Counted from the first letter of the stretch, positions 1-14,697 are shown. The stretch: 64,000 nt of DNA from Squalus acanthias (GCA_030390025.1 CM059432.1:49478001-49542000), one strand, 5' to 3'. Made by a program: numbers and translations. Notes: generated by a model not told the origin, from the sequence alone.

Positions 1-2299
1 TCACTAGTAAAAAAACCTTTTTTCAAGTGTTTCTGCACTTATCTCTGTTCTCAATCACCTTCAAAATAGTTGGCATCTTGTCTGATAGCTCTTTGGAGCA
101 GCTTTCCCTCTGGTTACCGGTTATCTATACAACTCACAAGTTGCTGCCCTTTGTCTTTGTTTACTGAAAACCCTAATGCTTGTTAAGTATATTGCAGCTT
201 CCTCTGACCTTTCCAAGGATTACTACTACCACTTCATGGTTCACTAGCAGGCGTTTGTGGAATGATTTTACTAAAAAATTCCCACAACAGGGTATTTTCT
301 TTAATCACGATGAAGACACACTGAAATTCATCTTCAGCAGTAATGCAAAATGGGCAATCGTAAATCGGCAGCCCGTTTTACACACAGCCCAATTTTCTTT
401 TCCAGTCAATTATTATTGCCCATTTTGTGGTACCCCCAGGCCCATTTCATCCCCAATGCTTCTCAGCTAAGTTAAATGTTTGAAAATTCTTCAGTTTAAT
501 TAGGAATCTGCTAAGTTGTCTTCGGTAAAATTATTTTACAGAGATGAGAGTCTTGTTCTCTTCTTCTCGCGTCCAATGTTTCCAGACAGTGAGCCACAGT
601 AAATATGGTCTTCCTGTTCCAAACAGTCCAGTACCTCAAGTTATAATCAAACAGTTCCAGATACTTCTAGTTTGAGCTTAATTTTAGCTAGCAAGATTTA
701 TTTTTTTCCCCAGTTAAATAGTGAACTTTACCTCAAAGTTTACTCCCTCATCACCATATCAACAACCTGATATATATCTGCCAGGCTATTTGTTTAATTG
801 GGTATTTAATGACTACAATAGCAGATTATAGAGATACTAATTCATTCATTATGTTTTCCTTTATCTTCGTAAGTACTGCTTCTGTGGAACATTTTATTGG
901 CAGTCGGGGAAGAATGTTCTTATCCCTCGTCATACCTCTCTTCTAGCATTGGCGCTCAGAAAATCACTAAGCTTTTGTGAACCTCACCTCTGTTAGTCTG
1001 CCGGTATTCAGATCCTTAAGTAAGAGTTTTAAAAGAGAAAATACATAGCAATGTTAGCGATATCATCCAGACTGGGTAGAACAACTTTAGCTAGAAGATT
1101 TATTACTCCCCAACATCAAGTGACTGGAAGTGTAATTCAGTTTTAATTTATGATATTTATATGGGGGAAAAACAAAGGTAAGCCATGAGACTCCACCAAC
1201 GGCAGAGTAGGTAGCTTCAAAAGAAATGTTAAATTGAATCTTTCCCTTGAGTTTAACAATTTGACGGTGTGTCACAGTGTTTACTCCACTATGTTAAAAG
1301 TTAATGCAAGCACCACACATTAACTTCTATGAAAAAATGCTTGGGATATATCTTTTTGCTTGGCATTCACTTGGATGTTGTGACACAAACATAAATAGCA
1401 TCGCACTGTTTTTGTGTGATGTTACTATGGCAATTACTATATGCACCTGTTCTCCATCCTCAGGTATGAAACTGGTGATTCTTTATTAATTGTCAAGATT
1501 TGGCTTGGCTGCTGTGCAGTAAGAAAACATTCAGCAGCATCAATGCACTTGAAATTGAATAACTTGACCACATATTGATGTACTTAAACGCTGTTTGTGA
1601 ATCTCTTTTCAGCCATCTTCAGATCAATTGCAAACTCACCAATAATGCTCAAATGCACTAACAATATGTTGTCTTCAAAGTAAAATCATATTCTGCAAAA
1701 GCCAATTTTGCTGGGCTGATTCAGAAATAATACTTTATACTACTGTGAATTTTAATACTACTCATACTTACAACAGTGTAAAAAATCAAACCAATAGGAT
1801 GCTTTGCAAAAAATGTTTAAAGTTCAAATTTTAAACAATTTCTACCTAATCAAAATCACAATATGTATTTTAAATCTGGGTTTACTAATCTTATGACAAC
1901 TGCAGTGTGACCCCCTTCCTCAGGCAGCGCACAGGATAAAGGCGTAAATTCACTAACCAGGACATCTAGAGGCAAGTTGAGCCAATGGCTTTCAAAGGGG
2001 CGAGAATGCTTTCTAAAAAAAAAGGTAAACCACACCTTTAATAATAAATCTTCTCTGTACTACCTGCAGAAAACAAAGAATGCTACTGGCCGACTTTCCT
2101 TCTAGATAGATGTAACTAGGTCAAAATGTAGTAACATTATTATTTCTCAAAACCTACTGGAAAAATCTTCCCTACCTTATCACTGAAAACCTAATGTTGA
2201 AGATGTAACGGTGTGAAATCATAGGATTCTCGCCAAACAAATGAGAATGCTCAGCAATCACCTTGCTTACAAAACATTTCGCTAGAACTTTCCAAACTT

Positions 2300-4900
2300 C
2301 TGCGTTAATAAACTGACTTATTATCCCTTTACCTGCCACATTCATTCCTTACAACGATCGAATTCTGGACAAGAGTGCTCCTTAATAGATACGTTTTACT
2401 CAATAACGGACAAAATGTCTTGCGAACACCCACTGAACGGCACTGTTCCCAATGAAATAATTTGTGATAAAAATGGAAACGTGCAATTCCTGTAGATGAC
2501 GAGCACTGTCTGAATGCACACATAGGTAACGTCAAACATTGCAATGTATCACTGTCGTATTGGGCACCAGACCACAGTTACTTACATTGTAGCAGCACCG
2601 TTAGAAACGACATGATGTACTGACTCCCCCTCACTGCTCCCAGAAGCTCTTCATCGGAAAGCATCTCACAAGTTCTAATCCACGCAATTTAATGAAAACA
2701 CATAAATATTCGCGCAATATTCGGCAGCAATACCGCAAACACGGATCTATGAACCGGGCAGATCAGAAATAACGCGACATTCTCTACAGTGCAATGGACC
2801 TGTTAGGCAGACTAGCCACTGAGGAAAGCATTAAATAACACACACGTTATTTACTTTATCAATATTTTATTCCCAGCTTTTCTGATGATAGTGATAGGGT
2901 TACAATATATTGGCCCTGAAGTAAATACCTGTGCTGAAGTGTCGATGTGCCTTCTGTGAACAGTATAACCAATAACGCACTTCATTTTCCCCTCAAGACC
3001 TTCCACAGCCATCCACAACTTTTTTTTTGGTTTTAATGATTAAAAAGTTTTCAACAACTGAAAAGCAGATTTGTTTTAATAAAAAAAAAACACAACCGTC
3101 TGAAATAACTGTACACATTTAGGAAAATGACTTCAAGAAAAAAGTGCCTTAACAACAAACTGCAAGAAAAGTTTCTCGTTAAAAAAATTGTAGAAAAGTC
3201 TGCAAAACACTTTGGTTGTTGTTGACAATGAAAACTTGCTTCAGGTCGTGCTTTTGGCGGCTTGTCACTTCAGCTCAACCAAGCGAAGCACACAGGTTGT
3301 GTCAATACCGGTATGGAAAAATACACCCAATAAAGCTTTGCAAATAGAAAGGAGCACAATAGAAGAGAGTTGCTTTTCTTTAAAAAAAAACTACGGCTAT
3401 GCATGCGTGTTAAAAAAATATTTTTTTTTTTGGATGGCGACAGTAACAAAAATGACAAAATATACACATAAAGCCAGTTCCTTTTGCCAATGCCGTCACT
3501 GACTTATCACTATACAGCATGCAAGAACTTATAAAATAGAATTTATAAACCATGCTTCGTCGGCTCAATTTCTTTCTTTTTAAAAAAAGTTAAAAAAGAA
3601 TTAAAATGACAAAAAGCACTGAAAAAATCCAGATAGAAAAAAAAACCTACTCACCGAGCGGGAAAAATTCAAGAGAGAAAAATACTGAAGTTTGTAATAT
3701 GGCGGTGGAAGAAGTAATGAAGCGCCCTCACCCTCAGGCAAAGGCACGTGATCCGAGAGAGCCTGCTGCCAGCAATGCCCAAAGGATGACAGAGCCACCA
3801 ATCCCCCCCAAATCAAGGCTCGTCCTTATTTATTTGTTTCAAACCAAGTCTGTTTAGACCGTTGTACGTTTGCTCCGGCGTTTTACACCCGCTCTGTCGC
3901 GCAGTAACGGCTGCAATCGGCGTCTCTCTTGGAAACTGAGCTGCGCATCCCTAAAAATGATATGGTGCAGTCCGCTGGGTTATTCGGAGACAGTGGGGGG
4001 AACAGAAGCGTGTTAGCCAGGGGAAATGGGGAGATGCTGCAACTCATTTTACCTTCGACAATTATTTTTTTTAATGGACCGTCCACCTGAAGCTTTAAAA
4101 TATTGGGAATTTTAGTTCGCCAGAGCGTTGCAAATCTGTCACACACCCACGTTATTTTTTTTGTCTTGGAGAAATCTCATTTGCAAGCCGAATATTTACT
4201 TATTAACTCGGTTTTAGTCGAAATACCCAAAATATTTACTGTTGGCTTTTTTCTTTACGTGGAAGTAATTAGCTGTGATTATGTCATGTGCAGTACAGTC
4301 ACCGAGGCAAGTGGTGACCATCTCTCCGGCTCGTGGAGCGTGTGTGCGCGGACTCGAAGCAAATAAACTGCGTTGTATTTTTGTTCATTTTGATCGGATT
4401 TTTAAAAAATAGGTTAAATAAACTGCTTGCTACACTCTGCCCCGTATTGCAAGTTTGTGGTGATCTAGAGCAAGCACATGGCACACGTACGGCAACCAAA
4501 ACGCTTTCTGCCAACAAAAAATGAACCATGTATGCATTAATATTAATGAATAATTCCGGGCAGCTTCCATTGTAAATCAAAGAAAACTTTCAAAGTCTCC
4601 AATTTAACTGTTTTGTCACAAGAACGTACAATCAAAACTATTAGGAATTTGTCATGCTCAGACCTACCTTTGAATCAGCATCGTATATCGTAACACAAAC
4701 ACTGGCACATAAATGCGCAATTTCAATAATATGAAAGTATTGTACAGGAGGTTATAATAGCACCGGTTTCATCAGTTTTCCTGTACAGCCTCGCCGTGAA
4801 TGAACCAAATATAACGAATTCATTAGATTCCGGACATGACAGGAATAACATGATTCTCATCACCTTTCCTCTATAACAGATGCACATTTATATTCTCTGG
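2300..4900 (-). promoter_or_regulatory. Putative promoter / alternative 5'-exon region of an unidentified minus-strand host gene
   Basis: No recognisable transposons, and CpGs are retained (e.g. 2710-2780, 3860-3950, 4325-4360). Minus-strand donor-like sites: AAG|GTAGGT (4668), TCG|GTGAGT (3655), AAT|GTAAGT (2586). Acceptor TTCTTTGTTTTCTGCAG| at 2064. YY1-like AATATGGCGG (~3696) and E-box CACGTG (~3745). Confidence 0.45.
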
Positions 4901-5414
4901 CTTTGTCACGCGCCCACCATCTCAGCTTAATATTATTAAGAATGTCTTATACAGATTGGTATATATATATATATATATTTATAAACCGATCAGGTTAGAC
5001 ATAATCTGCCCCAATCTTTTAATGTGCTCCCATCTTTGGCACATCTCCTACTTTCTCCAGACCCATTCACTTTTGGACGATTGATCACGAAGCACTCATT
5101 GACTTAAAAAAAAACTACCGCCGGCATATTTTTTTGAAACATTGAGGCGTACATTAAGTAAAAGTAGCTGAACTATTTATAGGTAATGGGAATTCTGATC
5201 ATAGAAAGGCATATAAAACAGTATATGTGGCTTTATGGCTGGAGAGACTATTAAAATATTAGGACTTATAAAAGTAGTGTCAATGGGAATTAGTATTTTA
5301 TGTAATAGTCGATCTTCCGTGGCACTGCACAGGGAAGTCTACCTAGAGAAGTCTTTAGGTGAGAGGGGCTTTGAGGACGGGGGGAATTGGACCAGGGTGC
5401 ACAGACCTAATTCA

Positions 5415-5568
5415 GTCCATATTTATAATGGAAAATGCTTATTGTAAATATGTCACACTGTAATTACGCCTTTCTGCCAGTGAGGTTGATGCAATGCCTC
5501 CACTGGTGAAACAGCGTAATTGTAGTGTGACAAGTTTACATAGGCACTTCACATTAAAAATTTGGACC
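5415..5568. mobile_element. ~155-bp palindromic MITE remnant
   Basis: Arms are imperfect reverse complements: gtccatattt...tgtcacactgtaattacgc / gcgtaattgtagtgtgaca...aaatttggac. Confidence 0.6.
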
Positions 5569-6834
5569 AAGGAATCTATATTGGAAAAAGTTGACATAAA
5601 ATGTTTGCAGATTTAAGATTATACATAGATATGTTTTAATAATAAGAATCTGCATACTGCATTCTCTTTACCTATATCTTGCTTTTTAACTAAGTAAAAC
5701 AAACTGGCATAAAATTGATTGCTGTGTATATAAATGTAGTGACATAGCTTTTGTGTGAGGAATACATTTTATTTTCTATCAGCTAATTTAGGTACTTAGA
5801 GGAAATAGTCAATTCAGATTGTGATGATAAAGAAAAACCTGATGATCATATTTGCAAGTATCAGAGAGTAGTCTTCTGTTTTTACATGGTACATTGTTGA
5901 TGGGAATGGACTCAATGGGCATGCTGGTCCCATCAGCACCTTTTTCTACCAACTTTATTAAACAGATCAGCACCATAGACAGCTAATTTGGAAACATACT
6001 GATCCCACTATTCTTACAAATCGTGCCTTTCACCATCCCCATGCCTACTAACACTATACAGGAGGTGAGGTCTGGGGTTATGTCTCCCTAGAAAACATTA
6101 CAATTTTTATATTAAGAATGGTGCATTCTGGTTCATTTTAAATATTTTTTTACTTCACTGTTGATCAATTTTTAAACTGAAAAAGCAAAAGTAATTGACA
6201 TTTGAGTGTATCCATATTCAACACATCAATCAGACCATCACTTCTCTAAAGATACTTGAACAGTCACTCTCCACAAAGGACCTCTTTTCCTATAACTCCT
6301 CCAGTTCACAGAAGCATTCACACCCTCCTTCCTCTACATCACAGAGGAACTCTACCTCTTCAAACAACCCTTATCTCCCAGTTCACAAAGATACTCTGCT
6401 TGATAATCTTTTCACTACTGATCCCAGTTGCAGCTCCTATCTGATGCTGCATTTTCACTCCGGGAGTGGACTCTGTGTTGTGGGTGGGAATTCTTCTGCC
6501 GCTTGTTGCTTCTGCTTCAGTACAGGAGCCTGTTCCCAGATTGAAGTAGCAGCAACAAGCACAAGTTCCAGTCAAGACGAGTGGTAAGAAGATCGGCTAG
6601 GAGTGCAGCAGCAATAGTTTTCCTAGTGCAGCATCTAATCCTGGGGCAGTGGATCAGCTGTTGCATCAAGAGTTCACCAATTTTCCACCTCAGGAAATTA
6701 AATGTGTACAGACCTGCATGCAATGCATATGTCTGGCTATGCCCCTGAAACAAACCCTTTCTTCCTTTCAAAAAAAGTCACCTGAACAGTGAGGCACTGA
6801 ACAATATATTCAGTGTTGTCTCTGATTATTGTTT

Positions 6835-8908
6835 TCCGTTCCCCCTGGTATGGCCCTCATCTTCGCTCCCTTAAGTCCAAGACTTGAATGGATATGGCGG
6901 ACAACTGGTTTAGCCATTTACCACCAGATCTGGCAGGACCACATGAAGCATTATCGGGTCCTACTCTCGTCTGCCAAAATTGCTCACTATTCCAGAATCA
7001 TTCTGGAATGCAAAGATAAACCCCAGCTCCTATTCTCTACTGCTAACCATCTTCTTAAACCCCTCTCCCCTGTCTCCTCCACCCTCACCTCTGAAAACAA
7101 GTGTGAGGAACTCATGGACTTCTTTGTCTCTAAGATTGAGACCATCCGTTCAGCTGCCTCTGCCACTTCCATTCCTTTCCCTAGCCCACCGGGCCAAACT
7201 TCTTCTAAGGTCCCCCCTGCCCTAGCCCTGATGTCACATCTTTCTCCATTTTCTCTCTGATCTCCCCTCATGACCTCTCCACGCTCATCTTGTCCATGAG
7301 ACCCACTTCCTGCTCCCTTGACCCTATTCCCACCAAATTGCTGACCACCCAACTTCCTTTTCTGGCTCCCATGTTAACTGATATTGTTAATGGTTCTCTC
7401 TCCTCAGGTACTGTCCCCCTCTCCCTCAAATCTGCTGTCATCACCCCCTCCTCAAAAAAAAACCCTTGACCCCTCCGTCCTTGCAAACTACCACCCCATC
7501 ACCAACCTCCCTTTCCTCTCCAAAGTCCTTGAACGTGTTGTCGCCTCCCAAATCCGTGCCCACCTTTCCTGCAATTCCATGTTTGAATTCCTCCAATCAG
7601 GTTTCCACCCTTGCCACAGTACCGAAATGGCTCTCATCAAATTCACAAATGACATCCTTTGTGACTGTGACAAAAGTAAACTATCCCTCCTCGTCCTTCT
7701 TGACTTGTCTGCAGCCTTTGACATGGTTGACCACTCCATCCTTCTCCAACGCCTCTCCACCATCGTCCAGCTGGGTGGGACTGCACTCGCCTGGTTCCAT
7801 TCTTATCTATCTAATCACCTGCAACAGCTTCTCTTCCCTCTCCCACATCGTTACATCTGGTGTCCCCCAAGGATCTATCCTTGGCCCACTCCTATTTCTC
7901 ATCTACATGTTGCTCCTTGGCGACATCATCCGAAAACACAGCGTCAGTTTCCACATGTACGCTGATGACACCCAGCTCTACCTCACTACCACTTCTCTCG
8001 ACCCCTCCATGGTCTCTAAATTGTCAGACTGCTTGTCCAACATCCAGTTCTGCAAGAGCAGAAATTTTCTCAAAGCCATTATTTTCGGTCCCCGCCACAA
8101 ACTCCGTTCCCTAGCCATTGACTCCATCCCTCTCCCTAACATCTTTCTAAGGCTGAACCACACTGTTCACAGCCTTGGGGTCATATTTGACATGGAAATG
8201 AGCTTCAGACCGCATATCCACAGCACAACTAAGACCGCCTATTTCCACCTCCGTAACATTGCCCGTCTCCACCCTTGCCTCAGCTCATCTGCCGCTGAAA
8301 CCCTCATCCATGCCTTTGCTACCTCTAGACTTGACTATTCCAATGCACTCCAGGCTGGCTTTCCGCATTCTACCCTACGTAAACTTGAGATCATCCAAAA
8401 CATGGCTGCCCGTGTCCCAACTTGCACCAAGTCCCGTTCACCCATCACCCCTATACTCGCTGACCTACATTGGCTCCCGGTTAAGCAACGCCTCGATTTC
8501 AAAATTCTCATCCTTGTTTTAAAATCCCTCCATGGCCTTGCCCCTCCCTATCTCTGTAATCTCCTTCAGCCCCACAACCCCCCAAGATATCTGCACTCCT
8601 CTAATTCTGCTCTCTTGAGCATCCCTGATTATAATCGCTCAACCATTGGTGACCGTGCCTTCTGTTGCCTAGGCCCTAAGCTCTGGAATTCCCTGCCTAA
8701 ACCTTTACGCTTCGCTGCCTCTCTTTCCTCCTTTAAGACGCTCCTTAAAACCTACCTCTTTGACCAAGCTTTTGGTCACCTGCCCTAATTTCTCCTTATG
8801 TGGCTCGGTGTCAATTTCTTTGGCTTTTAATGCTCCTGTGAAGTGCCTTGGGACGTTTTACTATGTTAAAGGTGCTATATAAATACAAGTTGTTGTTGTT
8901 ATTGTTGT
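6835..8908 (+). mobile_element. L2-clade LINE, 5'-truncated, frameshifted RT
   Basis: ORF fragments with LLDLSAAFD, SGVPQGSILGP, YADDTQLY and LHWLPV motifs. L2-type 3' end ccttgggacgttttactatgttaaaggtgctatataaatacaag(ttg)n. Confidence 0.92.
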
Positions 8909-9010
8909 GTTTTAAAAGATGCTGGGAGTAACCTTTTCAATACTGTAATCTATTGCGTTAAATATAATGAAATTCATGGAGTGCTTTACTTTTTTTTATC
9001 AATTAAAATG

Positions 9011-11932
9011 GGAGGTTTCCCTGAGACTGTGCACACCTGCAAAGGAAAATGCTTGATTTTCCTTCCATTAATTCAATTAAAAGGAAAATCAGGTAGGTTC
9101 CTTTAGAGGCATATAATCTGACGGGCCAATGTTCTGATATTCCTCCTCCCAGACAACAGACCTTCAACATCCAGGGGTATTCAATATTCAGGAAGGACAG
9201 GAAAAAGGAAAAGGAGGTGGGGTAGCATTGCTGGTTAAAGAGGAGATTAACACAATTGTAAGGAAGGATATTAGCTCTGATGATGTGGAATCTGTATGGG
9301 CAGAGCTGAGAAATACCAAGGGGCAGAAAACGTTAGTGGGAGTTGTATACAGACCCCCAAACAGTAATGCTGAGGTTGGGGATGGCATTAAATGGGAAAT
9401 TAGAGATGCATGCAATAAGGGCACAGCAGTTATCATGGGTGACTTTAATCTACATATAGATTAGGCTAACCAAATTAGTAACAATACTGTGGAGGAGGAA
9501 TTCCTAGAGTGTATACGGAATGGTTTCCTGGACCAATATGTCGAGGAACCAACTAGAGATCAGGCCATCTTAGACTGGGTATTATGTAATGAGAAAGGAT
9601 TAATTAGCAATCTTGTTGTGCGAGGCCCCTTGGGGAAGAGCGATCATAATATGATAGAATTCTTCATTAAAATGGAGAGTGAAGTAGTTGACTCAGAGAC
9701 TAGGGTCCTGAATTTAAATAAAGGAAACTACGATGGTATGAGGCACGAGTTGGTTAGGATGGATTGGGGAATGTTACTTAAAGGGTTGACGGTGGATAGG
9801 CAATGGCAAACATTTAAAGATCGCATGGATGAACTACAGAATTTGTTCATCCCTGTTTGGCATAAAAAATAAAACAAAAAAGGTGACTCAACCGTGGCTA
9901 ACAAGGGAAATTAGGGATAGCATAAGATCCAAGGAGAGGACATATAATTTGGCCAGAAAAAGCAGCAAACCTGAGGATTGGGAGCAGTTTAGGATTCAGC
10001 AAAGGAGGACAAAGGGATTAATTAAGAGGGGGAAAATAGATTATGAGAGTAAGCTTGCAGGGAACATAAAAACTGACTGTAAAAGCTTCTATAGATATGT
10101 GAAGAGAAAAAGATTGGTGAAGTCAAGCGTAGGTCCCTTGCAGTCAGAATCAGGGGAATTTATAATGGGGGACAAAGAAATGGCAGACCAATTAAATACA
10201 TACTTAGGTTCTGTCTTCACAAAGGAGGACACAAATAACCTCCCAGAGATGTTATAGGGTCTAATAAGAGGGAGGAATTGAATGAAATCAGTATTTGTAG
10301 GGAAATGGTGTTAGGGAAATTGATGGGATTGAAGGCCGATAAATCCCCAGGGCCTGATAATCTACATCCTAGGGTACTTAAAGAAGTGGCCCTAGAAATA
10401 GTAGATGCATTGCTGCTCATCTTCCAAAATTCTATAGACTCTGGAACAGTTCCCATGGATTGGAGGATAGATAATGTAACCCCACTATTTAAAAAAGGTG
10501 GTAGAGAGAAAACGGAGAATTATAGTCTGACATCAGTAGTGGGGAAAATGCTAGAGTCCATTATAAAAGATGTAATAGCAGAGCACTTGGAAAACAGTGA
10601 CAGGATCGGACAAAGTCAACATGGATTTACAAAAGGTAAATCATGCTTGACTAATCTACTGGAATTTTTTGAGTATGTAACTGGTAGAATAGAGAAGGGA
10701 GAACCAGTGGATGTGGTGTATTTGGACTTTCAGAAGGCTTTCGATAAGGTCCCGCATAAGAGATTAGCGTGCAAAGTTAAAGCACATGGGATTGGGGGTA
10801 AGGTACTGTATTGGATAGAGAACTGGTTGGCAGACAGGAAGCAAAGAGTTGGAATAAACGGGTCTTTTTCCGAGTGGCAGGCAGTGACTAGTGGGGTACT
10901 GCAGGGATCGGTGCTAGGACCCCAGCTATTCACAATATATATAAATGATCTAGACGAGGGAACTAGATGTAATATCTCCAAGTTTGCAGACGACACAAAG
11001 CTGGGTGGGCGTGTGTGCTGTGAGGAGGATGCAGAGAAACTCCAGTATGATTTGGACAGGTTGGGCAGATGCATGGCAAATGCAGTATAATGTGGATAAA
11101 TGCAAGGTTATCCACTTCGGCGGCAAAAACAGGAAGACAGATTATTATCTGAACGGCAATAGATTGGAAAAACGGGAAGTGCAACGAGACCTGGGTGTCC
11201 TTGTGCACCAGTCGCTGAAGGTAAGCATGCAGGTGCAGCAGGCGGTTAAGAAGGCAAATGGTATGTTGGCCTTCATAGCGAGAGGATTCGAGTACAGGAG
11301 CAAGGATGTCTTGCTGCAGTTGTACAGGGCCTTGGTGAGACCACACCTTGAGTATTGTGTGCAGTTTTGGTCACCTTATCTGAGGAAGGATGTTCTTGCC
11401 ATGGAGAGAGTGCCGCAAATTTTCACCAGACTGATACCTGGGATGGCAGGAATGACGTATGAGAAGAGATTGGGTCGATTAGGCTTATATTCGCTAGAGT
11501 TTAGAAGAATGAGAGGGGATCTCATTGAAACTTATAAAATTCTAACAGGACTAGACAGACTAGATGCAGGAAAGATGTTCCCGATGGCGGGGGAGTCCAG
11601 AACCAGGGGTCACTGTCTAAGGATAAGGGGTAAGCCATTTAGGACTAAGATGAGGAGGAATTTCTTCACCCAGAGAGTGGTGAACCTGTGGAATTCTCTA
11701 CCACACAAGACAGTTGAGGCCAATTCATTAAATATATTCATAAAGGAGTTAGATATATTTCTTAAGGCTAAAGGGATCAAGGGATATGGGGAGAAAGCAG
11801 GGACAGGGTACTGAATTTGGATGATCAGCCATGATCTCATTAAATGGCGGAACAGGCTCGAGGGGCCGAATGGCCTACTCCTGCTCCTATCTTCTATGTT
11901 TCTATGTTTCTATGACTCAGGAAAAATCCCCC
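9011..11932. mobile_element. Short palindromic MITE split by the CR1 insertion
   Basis: Left end ggaggtttccctgag (9012) matches ctcaggaaaaatcccc (~11916) beyond the CR1 tail. Palindromic core gattttcctt...aaggaaaatc at 9055-9090. Confidence 0.45.
9165..11914 (+). mobile_element. CR1 LINE, 5'-truncated within APE, ORF2 disrupted
   Basis: APE motifs (GVVYRPP, MGDFN, SDH) and RT motifs ([22 protein letters not shown]), broken by stops and frameshifts. 3' tail ctcctatcttctatgtttctatgtttctatg. Confidence 0.95.
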
Positions 11933-12371
11933 CTACGGGGTGTGTGCACCATCACCTCTTTCTGCAATAATTGCTTGCCCCTTTTTGGACAGAACATTTT
12001 CTGAAACTGATGTGACAAAATTAGTCAGTAAAACTGGAATTTTATTAGATCAGCAATAACTGAAACAATATTACCCTTGGCACCTATATTGCTCTTCCCT
12101 CCAAATTTATAATAACAGTGTGCGCTGATGATGGGGTAGTTGTTAATCATGTAATTTCTTTAGAGGGACATCTCAGACACACAAATGTTTAAATCAATAT
12201 AAAGATATTTTTCCTGGCAGTTTTCAGCTGCAATCATTTTCAATTTATAGTGCAGAGGAGTGCAGAAAGGTGAAGGGCTTATAAGCTCCAAGTCCTGGTA
12301 TGCTCTGTGAAAAAAGAGACTTCCTAACAATTATAAAAGTGTTGACAGATTATAGGTACAGATACATTGAG

Positions 12372-12490
12372 TTTGTCTACAGAACAAAAGTGACTGCACT
12401 TCAAAAGTAATTAATTGGTTGTGAAATGTTTTGGGACATCCTGATAATGTAATCAAGCATTACATAAATATAAGTGTCTTTTTTTTCTTT
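12372..12490 (+). repeat. Decayed L2-type / DeuSINE-like 3' tail fragment
   Basis: gtgactgcacttcaaaagtaattaattggttgtgaaatgttttgggacatcctga...ataaatataagt resembles the L2-derived SINE tail. Confidence 0.5.
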
Positions 12491-13804
12491 AATTAGCTAT
12501 GATGGATCTGGGAACCTGCATGAACTCAAGGCTCAGCTTCTCACGTGGATGCAGACCTCTAAATAATTATATTATTACAGGCATATAGCACAAAAAAGCT
12601 GTGGGCATTTTCCTACAGGAAGTGAAGCTGAGGAAAGATGTACTTTTTTCCTGCATATGGCCATTGGGTTTCCAAGTTGATGGGGTGAAGCGCATGCCAA
12701 GAGGTGGCACGCAGAATAATGCCAGCAGCACTGTCCAGAGAATGTGGTTACCATGGTGAAAAATAATTAACTGACCTCACTAGGAGGGGCAACATAGTTG
12801 TACTTAATGTAAGGTTATATATAGGCACTGCACCAACTATTGTAACCATGATCTCTTTCATCATAAGTATGAATTCTTTCACTTTTGCTCCACCTTCCCA
12901 TGAGTGCCCATGATGCTGCACAGTACACTCTGCAGCACCTCCCTTGCCCAGCAACTACCTCTATCAGCACAAGGGGGCACAGGGTTCCCTCAGCCAAGAC
13001 CTTTAATGGTCAACACCTGCAAGCTGCACATTTCTACAGAGTGCACATTCACACATGTGGTCAGGTGCTGGGGAATAGCTCTTGCAGCAGCAGAAGATGC
13101 CTGTCCTGCTGCATGCTCAGCTTCCTCTGAAGACTGACAAATCTCCAGGACCTGATGGTTTCCACCCCAGGGTTTTAAAGGAAGTGGGTGAGGAAATTGC
13201 AGATGCTTTAGCCTTAATCTTCCAAAGCTCTCTCGATTCAGGAATTTTCCCTTTAGATTGGAAAATTGTAAATGTATTTACGAAAGGTGAGAGGGAGAAA
13301 CCAGGAAATGATAGACCTGTTAGTCCAACATCTGTTGTGGGGAGGATATTAGAATCTATAATTAAGGACAGAGTGACTGAGCACTTCGAAAAATTTCAGC
13401 TGATTAGAGAGAGCCAACATGGATTTGTAAAGGGTAGATCATGTCTAACAAACCTAATTGAATTTTTTGAGAAACTAACTTAAGTAGTGGACAGAGGAAT
13501 GTCTATGGATGTAGTTTATATGGATTTCCAGAAGCATTCGATAAAGTTTCACATAAGAGACTAGTGTTTTATATAGCTTTAGCATAACTTCCTGGCTTTT
13601 CTACTCTCTGCCTCTAAGCCCAGGATCCTATATGCTTTATTAACTGCGTTGTTAACCTGTCCTGCCACCTTCAAAGATTTGTGCACAAGCCCCCCAGGTC
13701 TCTCTGCTCTTGCACCCCCTTTAAAATTCTACCATTTAGTGTGTATGGTCTCTCCTCATTCTTCCCACAAAAATGTATCATCTCACACTTCTCTGCATCT
13801 TATT

Positions 13805-14433
13805 GGCCCGAATCTGCGCCCTTACCTGAGGGCTCCCGGGACGCGCACAGTTCCGCTCCTGGGCCTCACCTTGAAGTGCGCAGGGCCCACGTATCCCAGA
13901 GGCGCATGTAGTTCGCAGCGTCCCTGGGATCACGTGGGCCATGGGGAGCCAATCACAGAAGGGAATCTCCCTTCAAACATTTGACAGGAAGGCCTGTCAA
14001 ATATATGAATGGAGATCAATGAAAAAACATAGTAAAACTTTAAATAAATTTAAAAAAAAAAAATCACATTTTTAAAATGGCTTGAAATTACAACAAATTA
14101 AGTATTTTAAACAAAAATTAATTTTTTGAAAAAAATAATTAAAGTTTTTTATGGGGCTAAAAATAAACTTACCTTTTTTTAAAAGTATTTTTAAATGATA
14201 AATCAGTGAAATTTTTTTTTTTTTTACTTTTTTTCAACTCTTATCCACCAGGCGTAAGAATTGTAAGGGTTTTCTGCGGGCGGAGTGTCTCCAAAAAGCG
14301 GAACTATCCACCCGTAGAGGCAGCCGAAGGATCTGTCAAGAGGATTCTTGACAGATTGGAAATGCCAGTTTTCAGTGCATGTGCTGTGCATGTGCAGCGC
14401 GTACCCACCCGTAGGGATCGGAATATCTGGGCC
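13805..14433. mobile_element. Harbinger-type MITE (AT-rich core family)
   Basis: Ends ggcccgaatct...atatctgggcc with 3-bp TSD ATT. Internal similarity to 46683-47233. Confidence 0.8.
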
Positions 14434-14697
14434 ATTGTGTCCGCCCATTCCACCAGCCTGTCTATGTCTTCTTGAAGTCAATTAATATGTTCCTCACTGT
14501 TTACGACTTGATAGATTAAGTGAGTGGGAAAAACTGTGACAGATGGATTTTAAAGCAGGTATGTGTGAGGTCACCCATTTTGGGCCAAAAAAGGATAGAT
14601 CCAAGTATTTTTTTTAAATGGTGAAAAGCTAGGAACAGTGCAGGTCCAAAGAGATTTAGGAGTCCATGTGCACAGATCGCTAAAATGTAGTGGTCAG

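Noticed and set aside
2929..3012. MAVEG...MKCV peptide on the minus strand resembling a tetraspanin (CD63) N-terminus
   Set aside because: No transmembrane segment follows; the similarity is short and probably chance.
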